32,000 bases of DNA from Candidatus Saccharimonadota bacterium (GTDB taxonomy: Archaea > Nanobdellota > Nanobdellia > Pacearchaeales > GW2011-AR1). Shown in pieces: positions 1-9,438 of this stretch. Location: assembly GCA_026002795.1 (NCBI GenBank), contig BPGA01000001.1:60001-92000 (forward strand), read 5' to 3'. The notes beneath the pieces were generated by a model. It worked only from the letters and a program-made list of their open reading frames with translations, had not been told where the DNA came from and ran no database searches. Every line of letters starts with the position of its first letter. Positions within the stretch are counted from its first letter, which is position 1. A program made the translations under genes and the position numbers.

Positions 1-133
1 ACTACTCAAATGATTCTTTTATTGTAGGAGCTAAATATAGGTTTTTGATAGGCACATATGATTTCAAAAAAGACGAGCTTGGATTAGGAATTTTTTTAAA
101 ATAATAATTCTAAATTAATCTAAATTAAATAAC

Positions 134-204
134 GGGCCTGTAGTTTAACGGTAAAACGCATCCCTGGCTTGGATGAGATCCGCGTTCAATTCGCGGCAGG
201 TCCA
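134..204 (+). tRNA. tRNA-Ala (anticodon GGC)
   Basis: Hand-folded 71-nt cloverleaf. Acceptor GGGCCTG/CAGGTCC with G3:U70 (Ala identity pair). D arm GTTT-AACGGTA-AAAC. Anticodon stem CATCC/GGATG with loop CTGGCTT. T arm CCGCG-TTCAATT-CGCGG, discriminator A, no encoded CCA. Position 37 is a pyrimidine, which is atypical. Confidence 0.8.
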
Positions 205-713
205 ATATTTAATCTAACAAAATTAACAATAATCTCTTTATTTCTTACCTCTGGATGAAAAAGAGTTGCATAAAAATTTTCTTTTTGAAAAGTCTCAGGA
301 AGAGCTCTAAACTGGTTAAGATGGTAAGCATTAATTTCTCCTTTTACGCCTAAAAATTCTTTTTTAATAGTTATTTTTTTAAACCCTATGCTTGGTTTTT
401 TTTGTTTTTTAAGTTTACATCCTAATAGCAAGCCAATAATATGTGCTCCTCCACAAATTCCTAGAACTGGCTTTTTAAACTTAAGAAGAAAATCAAATTT
501 TTTTAAATTATTAAGAAATTCATTATCAGATAAACTCGTTCCGCAAATTATTATTTTTTCTACCTTAAGAGGGTTTTTATTTATAATGTCGTCAATTTCT
601 TTATAGTGCTTGGTTAAAAATTTTACATTCTCTTTTTTTAAAATATCTTCAATTGGTTTTACAAATTCCAAGGCATGAAGAGGCTCTTTGCAGATGTTGA
701 TTAGTAGAATCAT
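186..713 (-). CDS. class I glutamine amidotransferase (GMP synthase subunit A-like)
   Basis: 175-aa ORF with the nucleophile-elbow motif PVLGICGGAHIIG and a C-terminal FHPE His-Glu motif. The last 19 nt overlap tRNA-Ala antisense. Confidence 0.6.
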   Translation of the reverse strand: MILLINICKEPLHALEFVKPIEDILKKENVKFLTKHYKEIDDIINKNPLKVEKIIICGTSLSDNEFLNNLKKFDFLLKFKKPVLGICGGAHIIGLLLGCKLKKQKKPSIGFKKITIKKEFLGVKGEINAYHLNQFRALPETFQKENFYATLFHPEVRNKEIIVNFVRLNIGPAAN

Positions 714-720
714 TTTATAA

Positions 721-1392
721 CTACCGAATATCTAAGTCCATTCTCCAAGAATTTTTTTCACCAGAAAATTTAGCTCCTATAACTTTTAATGGTCTTTTAA
801 AAAGAGGGCATTCTAAAACAAAGGTTTCAAATTCACCTCCTTCACCAGCTGGATTTATTTTGTATTTTTCTTTAAGTTCTTTAACTTCTTCTATAAATTT
901 TTTATCTATTTCTCTGCCAAGCCAAGAAGCATTAAAAGGATAAGAAAAAACACCAGTAATAATAACTTTAAATTTTTCTTTTAAAAGCTCTTCTAAAAGT
1001 TCTATCTGATCTTTCTGCCACAACGGATTAAAACACTCTAAATTAAGTTTATTGCAAATTTTTTGAATTCTAGAGGCTTGATAAACACTTTCTATTGCTC
1101 CTGTAACAATTCCTTCTATTTTATATTTTTTTATTGCTTCTTTTATTGCGTCTTCTAAATCAATTAGTTCTTTTTCTTTAATCCCTTTTGTTTCTTTTAT
1201 AATTAAAGGGATGCCCATCTCTTTTGCTTGTTTTTCTGTTTTTGAGATGCTTGGTGTATGAAACATAAAACTTTCTTCGTTTTTTGAGATTATTGTTATT
1301 AAGCAACTAATTCCATAACCTAATTTTTTTGTAAGCCAGGCTGAATATGTAGAATCTTTTCCTCCTGAAAATAAAACCCCCACTTTCATCAA
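721..1392 (-). CDS. diphthine-ammonia ligase (Dph6 / MJ0570-type PP-loop ATPase)
   Basis: N-terminal PP-loop SGGKDS and the characteristic GEGGEFETFV motif. 223 aa, typical size for the archaeal family. Confidence 0.8.
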   Translation of the reverse strand: MMKVGVLFSGGKDSTYSAWLTKKLGYGISCLITIISKNEESFMFHTPSISKTEKQAKEMGIPLIIKETKGIKEKELIDLEDAIKEAIKKYKIEGIVTGAIESVYQASRIQKICNKLNLECFNPLWQKDQIELLEELLKEKFKVIITGVFSYPFNASWLGREIDKKFIEEVKELKEKYKINPAGEGGEFETFVLECPLFKRPLKVIGAKFSGEKNSWRMDLDIR

Positions 1393-1500
1393 GAAAAGAA
1401 ATTTTTTGACTTTTTAAGCTGTTTTATTTTTTAATGTATACTCTGAGAAAATTATAAATTATTTTTATACTTTTAATAAGTTATTTCTTATATTAATAAA

Positions 1501-2334
1501 CTATTGTGTTTCTTTAAACTTTTCATTAATAGAACCAACTTCAGAACTAAAGTCAAAATTTTCAGTATTTTCTTTAAAATAAGTTTCGCTCAGCCATATA
1601 TAGAAATCTTCAAATGGAATTTCTTGTTCAAGCCAGAGTTTTTTTTGATGATCAAGATGTAAAAGACCTACAAAATTAATTAATCTTTCTTCTTTATCTG
1701 CTTCTTTTCCTACGAATTCATTAAAAGAAATTTTTTTAAGTTGTTCTTTTTTTAAGCTTTCAATAACTTTTTGATAGATTTCAATAATTTTATTTTTTAT
1801 ACTTATAGATTTTTTTGGAAGAACAAATGAAATCTCTATGTTTGCTCTTTTCTTTATAATTTCTCTTTTAATTCTTCTATTTTCTGTTTTTATTGCTTTA
1901 CTTAAAGCTTCTATGAGTTCATTAAGGGTAACTTTTCTTACTCTTGGTAGAGGGCTTTTTGGAATTATCTCTGGAATTTCTTCTTTGTCTTCTAAAGAAA
2001 TTTCTAAGACATTGCTTTTTTCATTAATAATGCTTTTTTCTTTAGGAAAAAGTATTTCATCTATTGATTTAATATGCTTATTCAATAAAAACTCTGCCTT
2101 AATCCTCAAAAGAATTGCTGCTGCAAGCAAAACTTTACTGGAAATAAAGAAATCTGTTTCTTCAAGCTCTTTTATTTTTTCAAGGTATTTATCAGTAAGA
2201 TAAACAATATCAACATCCCAAGGATCTAGTTGTTCTGTATTTATAAGATCATAAATTATTTCTTGCCAACCAATTTCCCTGTTAAAGAGTAAGTTATGAA
2301 TTTGCTCTTGTTTTATGTTATTATCTTTTTGCAT
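1501..2334 (-). CDS. scpA: segregation and condensation protein A (kleisin)
   Basis: N-terminal LDPWDVDIVYLTDKYLEKIKELEE...SSKVLLAAAILLRIKAE matches the conserved ScpA N-terminal domain pattern. 277 aa. Confidence 0.7.
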   Translation of the reverse strand: MQKDNNIKQEQIHNLLFNREIGWQEIIYDLINTEQLDPWDVDIVYLTDKYLEKIKELEETDFFISSKVLLAAAILLRIKAEFLLNKHIKSIDEILFPKEKSIINEKSNVLEISLEDKEEIPEIIPKSPLPRVRKVTLNELIEALSKAIKTENRRIKREIIKKRANIEISFVLPKKSISIKNKIIEIYQKVIESLKKEQLKKISFNEFVGKEADKEERLINFVGLLHLDHQKKLWLEQEIPFEDFYIWLSETYFKENTENFDFSSEVGSINEKFKETQ

Positions 2335-2639
2335 CTTAATTATTTTTATTTATACATAAAATATACATAAAAAATAGTTTTTTTATTTTATAATGTTTAT
2401 GATTTTTTTACTTTTAAAGTTTAATAAAGACAAATTTTCAGCAGTTTATAGCTTTTTCAGATGTTTTTTATATAATTGTAGTTGTTAAAAATTAATTTGT
2501 AGTGTTTAAATTTTTGTGTTAAGTAAGATTAAAATTACTACTTTACATTAATCATTGGATGTCATTTTCAAAGAGTAACATTATAGAAAGATTTATAAAC
2601 TTGTTCTAACTTAATTAAATTATCACCTCTTTTTCCCCA

Positions 2640-2688
2640 GGAGAGGCTTCGGATCAAGCTGGTTTTATTCAGGATCCGAAACTCTCCC
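2640..2688. other. GC-rich imperfect hairpin in a long AT-rich divergent intergenic region (candidate small structured RNA or regulatory element)
   Basis: GGAGAG(2640-2645) and TTCGGATC(2648-2655) pair with GATCCGAA(2673-2680) and CTCTCC(2683-2688) around a 17-nt loop. It is the only GC-rich island in the 557-bp gap between the divergent scpA and 2892 ORF starts. Confidence 0.3.
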
Positions 2689-2891
2689 AGGGTTTTGGAT
2701 TATTAGAATGGATTATTATAATGAAAACTAGTTTAACATAAAACTAATTTAACATAATAAAGGCCATTTACTGCTATTATTATGATTAGTATTTTCTTAT
2801 TGATTATTATATATTTTTATTTATTATTATATTCTTTTTATTATACTTCTTAATAAATAATATTAAAAAATGCTTATTTATTTCTTTTTTT

Positions 2892-3266
2892 ATGGATAGA
2901 AGATTTTTGTCTAAAAAATCGTCTAAAGGTTCTAGAGGGTTAGAAGAAATCTGCTCTTGGGAAATTTTAATTCCTCATGATAAATGGGAGAGAGTTAAGG
3001 CAGATATAAACAGAATTGTTAAAAGACACGGAGAGATTCCTGTAAGTGGTGGTGGTAGATGCATAGGCAAGGGTTTTGAGTTGTATGCTGGTTTTAAACA
3101 AATTGAAAATTGTATTTATTTAAATGTCTCGATAAGGTCAAAAGAAGTAATCCCTATATTGTTAATTGGTGAAATTAATGATTATGTAATGCGTAATTTG
3201 GATTGTATAGTTTCATATGAAAATAAATTTAGAAATTTAAGTTTTAGGTATAATGATAGACAATAA
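2892..3266 (+). CDS. hypothetical protein
   Basis: 124-aa ORF with non-low-complexity composition. No motif I recognise. Confidence 0.45.
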   Translation: MDRRFLSKKSSKGSRGLEEICSWEILIPHDKWERVKADINRIVKRHGEIPVSGGGRCIGKGFELYAGFKQIENCIYLNVSIRSKEVIPILLIGEINDYVMRNLDCIVSYENKFRNLSFRYNDRQ

Positions 3267-3297
3267 TCTAAAATAACAAAAATCTTAAGATACTTTA

Positions 3298-3519
3298 TTA
3301 TTGTGCTTCTTTTTTGTTTTTTTGTTGGCTTATAAATTCACTATAATGACATTTACCACAATAAAGCCTGTCTTTTGCTTTCATTAAAAAAACTCCAGGA
3401 CCACACCTAATACAGAATTTTTCTCTTACAATTTTATCTCCTTCTATAATATATTTTTTATATTTCTTACTTGTTGGTTTGTTTTTATGCGGTTTTTTTC
3501 CTTTTTTTCCTTTTACCAT
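3298..3519 (-). CDS. rps27ae: 30S ribosomal protein S27ae (eS31)
   Basis: Lys-rich N-terminus followed by the zinc ribbon CIRCGPGVFLM...CGKCHYSEF. Confidence 0.9.
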   Translation of the reverse strand: MVKGKKGKKPHKNKPTSKKYKKYIIEGDKIVREKFCIRCGPGVFLMKAKDRLYCGKCHYSEFISQQKNKKEAQ

Positions 3520-3526
3520 TTTTTTA

Positions 3527-3886
3527 CTAAGAAGCTACTGGTGTATTTTCTTCAATAGATTCTTCTTTAACTTGAATAAGATTAGTTTCTTGTGTGCCTT
3601 GCAAACTTTGCTTTTTTTCTAACTCTGCTTCTTTCTTTTTTTTAAACTCTATTAAATTTTTTTGTTCTTTATTCTTGTAAATTCTCGCCTCAAAATTAAA
3701 AATCCTAGACCCAAAACTTCCTTTTATTGAAGCTATTTTTATGTTTTCTTTGTCTGTTTTATAATTTTTTGAAAGAATATCCAAAAGCTCTTCTCTAGAA
3801 GGTATCTTTTCAGATTCGATCTTACCTCTAATTTCTTTTCTTTCAAAAATTTTATTCTCTTTTTCTTCTTCAATATGAATTTTCAT
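3527..3886 (-). CDS. rps24e: 30S ribosomal protein S24e (eS24)
   Basis: NKIFERKEIRGKIE...IPSREELLDILSKNY...IKGSFGSRIFNFEARIY matches the S24e pattern. Lies in the conserved archaeal cluster next to spt4 and rps27ae. Confidence 0.85.
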   Translation of the reverse strand: MKIHIEEEKENKIFERKEIRGKIESEKIPSREELLDILSKNYKTDKENIKIASIKGSFGSRIFNFEARIYKNKEQKNLIEFKKKKEAELEKKQSLQGTQETNLIQVKEESIEENTPVAS

Positions 3887-4071
3887 CTTGTTTTTATAGC
3901 GTAATTTCCTTTTTTCTTTATGTTTATCTTTTGAGCTATTTCTGATTTTTCTGGGTTAAGAATTAAAATTCTTCCTTTAAAAGATTCTGTTGATTCTTTA
4001 GAATTGCAATTAGGGCAGTTTTCTCCTTCATATATAGTATTGCATTCTTTACACGCTTTTTGTTTACTCAT
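3883..4071 (-). CDS. spt4: transcription elongation factor Spt4 (RpoE'')
   Basis: 62 aa with zinc ribbon CKECN...CPNC followed by GRILILNPEKSEIAQKI. 4-nt overlap with rps24e. Confidence 0.85.
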   Translation of the reverse strand: MSKQKACKECNTIYEGENCPNCNSKESTESFKGRILILNPEKSEIAQKINIKKKGNYAIKTR

Positions 4072-4078
4072 TTTTATT

Positions 4079-4309
4079 CTAAGTTTTTTTAAGTTTAAGA
4101 ACTAGTCCGCCATCTTCAAATCTGACAGACCTCTGATTTATTTTTATTTTTTTTCCTGAATTTGTTACAAAGAAATAACCTTGTCTTCCTCTTACTCCGT
4201 TTAATTCATTTCCTGAAATATAGTCCTTAATAACTCTGCCAATATATCTCTCTTCGCCAACCTTTAGATATATTTCTTTACCAAGATACCTTCTCAAACT
4301 TTTTACCAT
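4079..4309 (-). CDS. small hypothetical protein (possibly Sm-like or beta-barrel)
   Basis: 76-aa ORF between rpo7 and spt4. LGKEIYLKVGEERYIGRVIKDY weakly resembles an Sm1-type motif. Function not supported. Confidence 0.5.
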   Translation of the reverse strand: MVKSLRRYLGKEIYLKVGEERYIGRVIKDYISGNELNGVRGRQGYFFVTNSGKKIKINQRSVRFEDGGLVLKLKKT

Positions 4310-4325
4310 TTTTTTCTTTAATTTT

Positions 4326-4910
4326 TTATTTTTTTAATTTTTGCTCTTTTTGTAATTTTTTTATTTCTTTTTCTTTTTTTATTTTTTCTTCTTTAATCCA
4401 GTCAAGTTTTCCAAGACCAGGTTGTCTCATTGTTAAACCTATTTTAACTTCACTTCCTTTATGACTTATAGCAATAATTCTTGCTAAACACAAATCTCCT
4501 TGTTTTAGAACTTTTTTAGTGCTTTTGCCTGTTAAAGTATTTGTTTTACTAAAACTCACGTAATCCTCCATTGTTTGACTTATGTGTATCATACCTTTCA
4601 TTACTCCTAGATTCATGAATGCTCCAAAATTTGTTATTTCTGAAATAATTGAGAAAACAAGCTCATTAATTTCAGGTTTCCAAACTAACAATTTAAATTT
4701 TGTTTGATAATAAGCTGCTCCATCTCCGGGAATTAAAATTCCTTCTTTAACTTCCAAAACAGAAATTACAGAGATTACTTTTCCTATTTCTTTATCATAA
4801 TAATCTCTATAAGTTTCTTTAAGCTGTTTTTCAACGGCTTCTAAAGTTGGAATTCCAAATAATCTTGGTTCAACACGAACATGGTCTTCTAATTCAACAA
4901 TGTAGAACAT
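4326..4910 (-). CDS. rpo7: DNA-directed RNA polymerase subunit E' (Rpo7) with S1 domain
   Basis: MFYIVELEDHVRVEPRLFG N-terminus, an S1-like core (GAFMNLGVMKGMIHISQ), and conserved synteny with spt4. Confidence 0.9.
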   Translation of the reverse strand: MFYIVELEDHVRVEPRLFGIPTLEAVEKQLKETYRDYYDKEIGKVISVISVLEVKEGILIPGDGAAYYQTKFKLLVWKPEINELVFSIISEITNFGAFMNLGVMKGMIHISQTMEDYVSFSKTNTLTGKSTKKVLKQGDLCLARIIAISHKGSEVKIGLTMRQPGLGKLDWIKEEKIKKEKEIKKLQKEQKLKK

Positions 4911-4947
4911 TTTTACAAAAAAAATAGTAAAAAATGGTTTAAAAAGT

Positions 4948-5400
4948 TTATCTATCGAAATTTTTTTGCCTTATTAAAAAATAAGAAGAAATTGCTTCTT
5001 TCATTAATTTTGTTAACTCTAATTGGTTTCTTGAAGAGAAACTATAACTCATCTCTTCTAAATCATCTTCTAAACTTGTTTGTAAAATTAAAGCTTCAAA
5101 ATAATCTCTTCTACCTGGTTGTGGTTGAAATTCAAAGGTTGCAGAATTAAAAGGATTTTCTCTTTGATAAACAACTAAGTTTAACCTTTCTAGGTGTGTT
5201 GTAACTTTTCTAGGACTTTCTTCTGATTTTCCATAGCCATGGCCTTTAAAAGACCATCTTAAGCTAACACCAAGTTTTTCTTCAAGATACGGAAATAGGT
5301 TTTGTTGAATTTCTGACGAGTTTATAGGAAAAGGAAAGTTTATTGTTGTCTTTTCAATAAACTCTAGCTGTTTATCTTCGTTTATAAAAATTTCTCGTAT
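4948..5400 (-). CDS. 150-codon ORF with coding-like composition but no ATG/GTG/TTG start; absent from the ORF track; unknown function
   Basis: My hand translation of the minus strand reads IREIFINEDKQLEFIEKTTINFPFPINSSEIQQNLFPYLEEKLGVSLRWSFKGHGYGKSEESPRKVTTHLERLNLVVYQRENPFNSATFEFQPQPGRRDYFEALILQTSLEDDLEEMSYSFSSRNQLELTKLMKEAISSYFLIRQKNFDR*. A stop (TAG) directly precedes the first codon ATA(5400..5398). The only in-frame Met codons are late in the ORF. Confidence 0.45.
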   Translation of the reverse strand: MREIFINEDKQLEFIEKTTINFPFPINSSEIQQNLFPYLEEKLGVSLRWSFKGHGYGKSEESPRKVTTHLERLNLVVYQRENPFNSATFEFQPQPGRRDYFEALILQTSLEDDLEEMSYSFSSRNQLELTKLMKEAISSYFLIRQKNFDR

Positions 5401-5447
5401 CTAAGATTTAAAAACTTATGTGTTAAGAATTATAAAATGAAATTGAC

Positions 5448-5786
5448 TTAAATAATTTCGATTTTTTTTATTTTTCTTATAATCATTTTTCTATTTTTTA
5501 ACTTCTTTATTAATCCTTGATCCATTGTTGCTATTATTGCGTTTGGATTTTTTTTTGCATATTTAAGAATAGCTTCATCTGCATCTTTTCCTTTAATATT
5601 TAGAATATAAAATTTATTTTTTAGAATTATTTTTAAAGCTAATCTTGCGCCTAAATTTTTAAGCTCTTTAAAAACTTGTAGAGGTATAATGCATTTAAAA
5701 CCTTCATTCTCAATTTTCTCAAAAAAATCTACTTTTTGCTTTACTGCAATTAAAATAAAACTTGTATCTAAAACAACCTCTCTCAT
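5448..5786 (-). CDS. PIN-domain protein (Fcf1/Utp24-like, COG1412-type)
   Basis: VVLDTSFIL (first acidic residue), FKEL, and DADEAIL...IIATMDQGL motifs. This is the usual position upstream of rpo7 in archaeal clusters. Confidence 0.7.
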   Translation of the reverse strand: MREVVLDTSFILIAVKQKVDFFEKIENEGFKCIIPLQVFKELKNLGARLALKIILKNKFYILNIKGKDADEAILKYAKKNPNAIIATMDQGLIKKLKNRKMIIRKIKKIEII

Positions 5787-5837
5787 TTTGTCTAAAATGC
5801 AACAATCATTATAAATTCTGCTGTTTTTTATTTTTTA

Positions 5838-6080
5838 ATGTTAATAATGTCAAAACCCGGTATCATACTAGAATATCATGAAGAGAATAATGAATCAGAT
5901 AAAGAATTGTTTCTTTATAAAGTAGGTGGGGGGTTGCCTCCAAAAAAAGAGGTGGTTTATCATAAAAAAATACCTAAAAAAATAAATTTAAGAAAGCCTA
6001 AGATTTACGAAATTTTTTATAATGAAAATGAAATTGAGGTAATAAAAAAAAGGTTGGAAGAGTTAGTAAATGAAATTTAA
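5838..6080 (+). CDS. hypothetical protein
   Basis: 80-aa ORF with no recognisable motif. Confidence 0.4.
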   Translation: MLIMSKPGIILEYHEENNESDKELFLYKVGGGLPPKKEVVYHKKIPKKINLRKPKIYEIFYNENEIEVIKKRLEELVNEI

Positions 6081-6121
6081 ATCAAACTAAAGTTTATAAG
6101 TATCAAAAAATTTTAAATTAA

Positions 6122-6682
6122 ATGTATGAGAGAGATAATATTTTAAGGATTTTTAAAGAAGTTAAGAATTCTTTAGAAAAAGGAGATGTTGCAAAAATAA
6201 AATCATTAAGTGATCAAACAACAAATAGTGCTGCTTTAACATTAGATCCTGATAATATCGCTGCTGCGGTTATTGTTTATTCTTTAAGTAAAATACTTGA
6301 AAGAGAACAATACAAAAAACTTCCTGGTTGGAATTCTTTTTACAGGATATATTCTACTAGTATAGATAATATAATAAAGGCAATAGAAAAAAAAGATGAT
6401 TTAAGTTATAGAAAAGAAATTGAAAAAATAAGAAACGCAATAGAAAAAATTTCTGGAGGTTTAAAAGAGAATATTAAAGATGTTTTTAGAAAGGCAAGCA
6501 TAAATAAAGCTTCAAAACTTTATGAGCATGGCATTTCAATGGAAAAAACTGCAAGACTTTTAAATGTTAGTTTAGCTGAATTAGCGAGTTATGCTGCTGA
6601 AAAAGAAATCTATGATATTCCAGAATCAAAAACAATCCCTATAAAACAAAGACTAAAAACAGCAATTGATTTTTTTAGTTAG
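6122..6682 (+). CDS. hypothetical protein with possible C-terminal HTH
   Basis: 186-aa helical-looking ORF. ISMEKTARLLNVSLAELASY resembles a helix-turn-helix. Confidence 0.5.
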   Translation: MYERDNILRIFKEVKNSLEKGDVAKIKSLSDQTTNSAALTLDPDNIAAAVIVYSLSKILEREQYKKLPGWNSFYRIYSTSIDNIIKAIEKKDDLSYRKEIEKIRNAIEKISGGLKENIKDVFRKASINKASKLYEHGISMEKTARLLNVSLAELASYAAEKEIYDIPESKTIPIKQRLKTAIDFFS

Positions 6683-6733
6683 TTTAAAAGAAATTTGATA
6701 AAAAGTTAAAAATAAAAAAGAAAACAAAGAAAG

Positions 6734-7471
6734 ATGAAGAGAGAAAATACAATAAAAAATTTTGTAAAAAAAAGAGAAAAAGAAGAAAAGGTTTTAATTT
6801 TTGATTCAGGAGCTTTAATAAGTCTTTCAATGGCTGGCCTTTTAGATATTTTAAAAGATATAAAAAAAATTTTTAATGGTAAATTTTTAGTTACTCGGGA
6901 AGTAAAAAACGAGATTCTGGATGAACCAATAAAAAATAAGAAATTTGAACTAGAAGCATTAAGAATGAAAAATCTTTTTGATTTAAAGGTTCTTGAGTTG
7001 CCTTCTGTTCTTAATTTAAATGAAAAAGAAATTTCTGAGTATGCTATAGAAATTATGGAGCTTGCAAATACTTCATTTAAAGGAGACAATAAAGATATTC
7101 ATCTTCTCGACATAGGAGAGTGCTCTTGTTTAGCTTTAAGTAATATTCTTACAAAAAATGGAATAAAAAACCTTCTTGTCATTGATGAAAGAACAACAAG
7201 AATGCTTGTTGAAAGTCATGAAAATTTAAGATTTTTTTTGGAAAGAAAGTTGCATGTTAAGATAACAATAAATCATGCTAATGTTGGTTTTTTTAAAAAT
7301 TTTAAAGTTATAAGATCTACAGAATTAATTTATGTTGCATATAAAAAAGGACTTATTGATATGAAAGATGGCTCTTTAGTTTTAGATGCTTTACTTTATG
7401 CTTTAAAATTTAAAGGAGCAAGTATTTCTTTTGAGGAAATTGAAGAAATAAAAAGGCTTGAGAAGTTATAA
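6734..7471 (+). CDS. PIN-like nuclease-fold protein (tentative)
   Basis: VLIFDSGALISL near the N-terminus, then LLDIGECSCLALS and LVIDERTTR, give a spacing of acidic residues compatible with a PIN-like fold. 245 aa. Confidence 0.4.
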   Translation: MKRENTIKNFVKKREKEEKVLIFDSGALISLSMAGLLDILKDIKKIFNGKFLVTREVKNEILDEPIKNKKFELEALRMKNLFDLKVLELPSVLNLNEKEISEYAIEIMELANTSFKGDNKDIHLLDIGECSCLALSNILTKNGIKNLLVIDERTTRMLVESHENLRFFLERKLHVKITINHANVGFFKNFKVIRSTELIYVAYKKGLIDMKDGSLVLDALLYALKFKGASISFEEIEEIKRLEKL

Positions 7472-7563
7472 TTAAAAATTATAGCTAAAAATAGTTTAGG
7501 CATATTTATAGGATAAATATAAAAATTAATAAATTAAATTTAAGGAATATTAAAATAGTTAAA

Positions 7564-7634
7564 GGGTGCGTAGTTTAATGGTAAAACAGGCGGCTCCAGA
7601 CCGCCAGACGGGGGTTCGATTCCCTCCGCGCCCA
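7564..7634 (+). tRNA. tRNA-Trp (anticodon CCA)
   Basis: Hand-folded 71-nt cloverleaf. Acceptor GGGTGCG/CGCGCCC (one G:U pair). D arm GTTT-AATGGTA-AAAC. Anticodon stem GGCGG/CCGCC with loop CTCCAGA. T arm GGGGG-TTCGATT-CCCTC, discriminator A, no encoded CCA. Confidence 0.85.
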
Positions 7635-7712
7635 TTTTTCAAGATTTAAAAAGAATAAAATTTAAAGTTTAAAGTAACATTTATAAAAATAAAAGAGAAA
7701 ATAAAAGGTAAA

Positions 7713-8558
7713 ATGTGGAACCAAATTAAAACTGTTTTGTTTTTAGCAATTTTAACTGCAATTCTTTTATTTTTTGGAAGTTTTTTTGGAAGAGTTGGAC
7801 TTACAATAGCAATTATTTTTGCGCTTAGCATTAATTTTATAACTTACTTTTTTTCAGATAGAATTGCTTTGTTTATGTATAGAGCAAAACCGATTAAAAA
7901 AGATAAATATCAATGGTTAATTAATGACATAAAACAGCTTTCAAAAGAAGCAAAAATTCCTGAACCAAAAGGAATTTACATTATACCAACAGAGCAAGCA
8001 AATGCTTTTTGCGCTGGAAGAGGACCAAAGCATTATGTAGTTGCGTGTACAGAAGGAATTTTAAAAATCTTAGATAAAGAAGAATTAAGAGCTGTTTTAG
8101 CTCATGAAATTGCTCATGCAAAAAATAGAGATGTTTTAATTGCGACAATTGCAGCTACAATAGCTGGAGTTATTTCATACCTTGCGCATATGGCCCAATT
8201 CGCAGCTATTTTTGGTGGAAGAGATAATGAAAGATCAGCCTCAAATATTATTGGACTTCTTATACTAGCTATTTTAACTCCTATAATTGCATTAATAATC
8301 CAACTTGCAATTTCTAGAACAAGAGAGTATCATGCTGATGAAACAGGAGCCAAAATTATTAGAAATGGAAAGCCTCTTGCTTCTGCTCTTGAAAAAATAG
8401 AAAAATCAGTAAAAAGCTCTCCTTTAAATTTTGGAAGCGAAGCTGCTTCAAGTCTTTTTATTTCAAATCCTTTTAAAAGAAATGCTCTTCTAAATTTATT
8501 TTCAACGCACCCCCCTGTTGAAGCAAGAATTAAAAGACTTAAAGAGATGAATTTTTAG
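7713..8558 (+). CDS. htpX: M48 family zinc metalloprotease HtpX
   Basis: N-terminal TM helices, HEIAHAKNRD (HExxH), a downstream EYHADE motif, and C-terminal STHPPVEARI. Confidence 0.9.
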   Translation: MWNQIKTVLFLAILTAILLFFGSFFGRVGLTIAIIFALSINFITYFFSDRIALFMYRAKPIKKDKYQWLINDIKQLSKEAKIPEPKGIYIIPTEQANAFCAGRGPKHYVVACTEGILKILDKEELRAVLAHEIAHAKNRDVLIATIAATIAGVISYLAHMAQFAAIFGGRDNERSASNIIGLLILAILTPIIALIIQLAISRTREYHADETGAKIIRNGKPLASALEKIEKSVKSSPLNFGSEAASSLFISNPFKRNALLNLFSTHPPVEARIKRLKEMNF

Positions 8559-8676
8559 TGGAAAAATTTTGAAAGATTTAATTTATAAAAGCAGAAGTTA
8601 AAATTGAGATGGTAAGAGAGTGTGGGTATTAACGAATGAGAAATTAAAGAATAAAGCTTAAAAAATAAATGTAAAA

Positions 8677-9438
8677 TTAAATCAAATCTTTGATTTTACC
8701 AAAAAAATAAGTTTTATCTTCACCTATAACATAAACATAAAAATCAAGTATTTTTTTATGAGGAATTATTGAGAAATTTTCATCATAACCATATTTGTAT
8801 TCATTAACTGAGGTTCCTTCAAAAATCTCTAAAAAACTTGGTAAGATTATGAATGTTTTTTCTTTATAATTTCCAACTAAAAAACATTTATACTCCTCTG
8901 TTTTAACTTTATCTTTTAAAATGATTGATGGATGTAAATGAGCTAAAACAACATACTTTATTTTTTTTGAAAATATTTCATTATAAATTTTGTGTCCGTG
9001 AAGAAAAGCAATTTCCTCTTCAATGTGAATTGCTTTTATTTTCCCTCCTAAATAATCAATAGTGTCGTGATTTCCTCTTATCAAAATTATATTTTCTTCT
9101 TTAAAATATTTTTTTAAAAATTCGTAAACGTCTAAAAAATCATCTCTTTCTTTTCTTTCAAAATAAAAGGCGTGTTTTATATCCCCAAGAAAAACAATTT
9201 TCTTTATGTTTTTTCCTTCTGATTTTATTTTTTTAAAAATTTTTTTTAAGTTAGAAATTGTTTCTTTAGCAAGACTTTTTGGAAAATAAACTCCTAAATC
9301 TTCTAGCATTCTATCATAACCTATATGTAAATCTCCTATAACAAGAATCTCTTTTTTTGGAAAAAATAAAGCTTTATCGACAAACTCAAAATTATTAAAG
9401 ATTTCCTGATTTTTTTCTTTTTTTATTTTTTCATTCAT
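8677..9438 (-). CDS. metallophosphoesterase (ICC-like, COG1407-type Lhr-associated)
   Basis: GDLHIGY, LGDIKH, GNHD and HGH phosphoesterase motifs. 8-nt overlap with the upstream Lhr-like helicase gene, which is a known conserved pairing. Confidence 0.8.
   Translation of the reverse strand: MNEKIKKEKNQEIFNNFEFVDKALFFPKKEILVIGDLHIGYDRMLEDLGVYFPKSLAKETISNLKKIFKKIKSEGKNIKKIVFLGDIKHAFYFERKERDDFLDVYEFLKKYFKEENIILIRGNHDTIDYLGGKIKAIHIEEEIAFLHGHKIYNEIFSKKIKYVVLAHLHPSIILKDKVKTEEYKCFLVGNYKEKTFIILPSFLEIFEGTSVNEYKYGYDENFSIIPHKKILDFYVYVIGEDKTYFFGKIKDLI

Noticed and set aside
186-204. 19-nt antisense overlap between the GATase gene 3' end and tRNA-Ala as a regulatory arrangement
   Set aside because: It most likely just reflects tight packing or a slightly extended ORF tail (the C-terminal ...NIGPAAN is encoded by the tRNA antisense). 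There is no further evidence of function.
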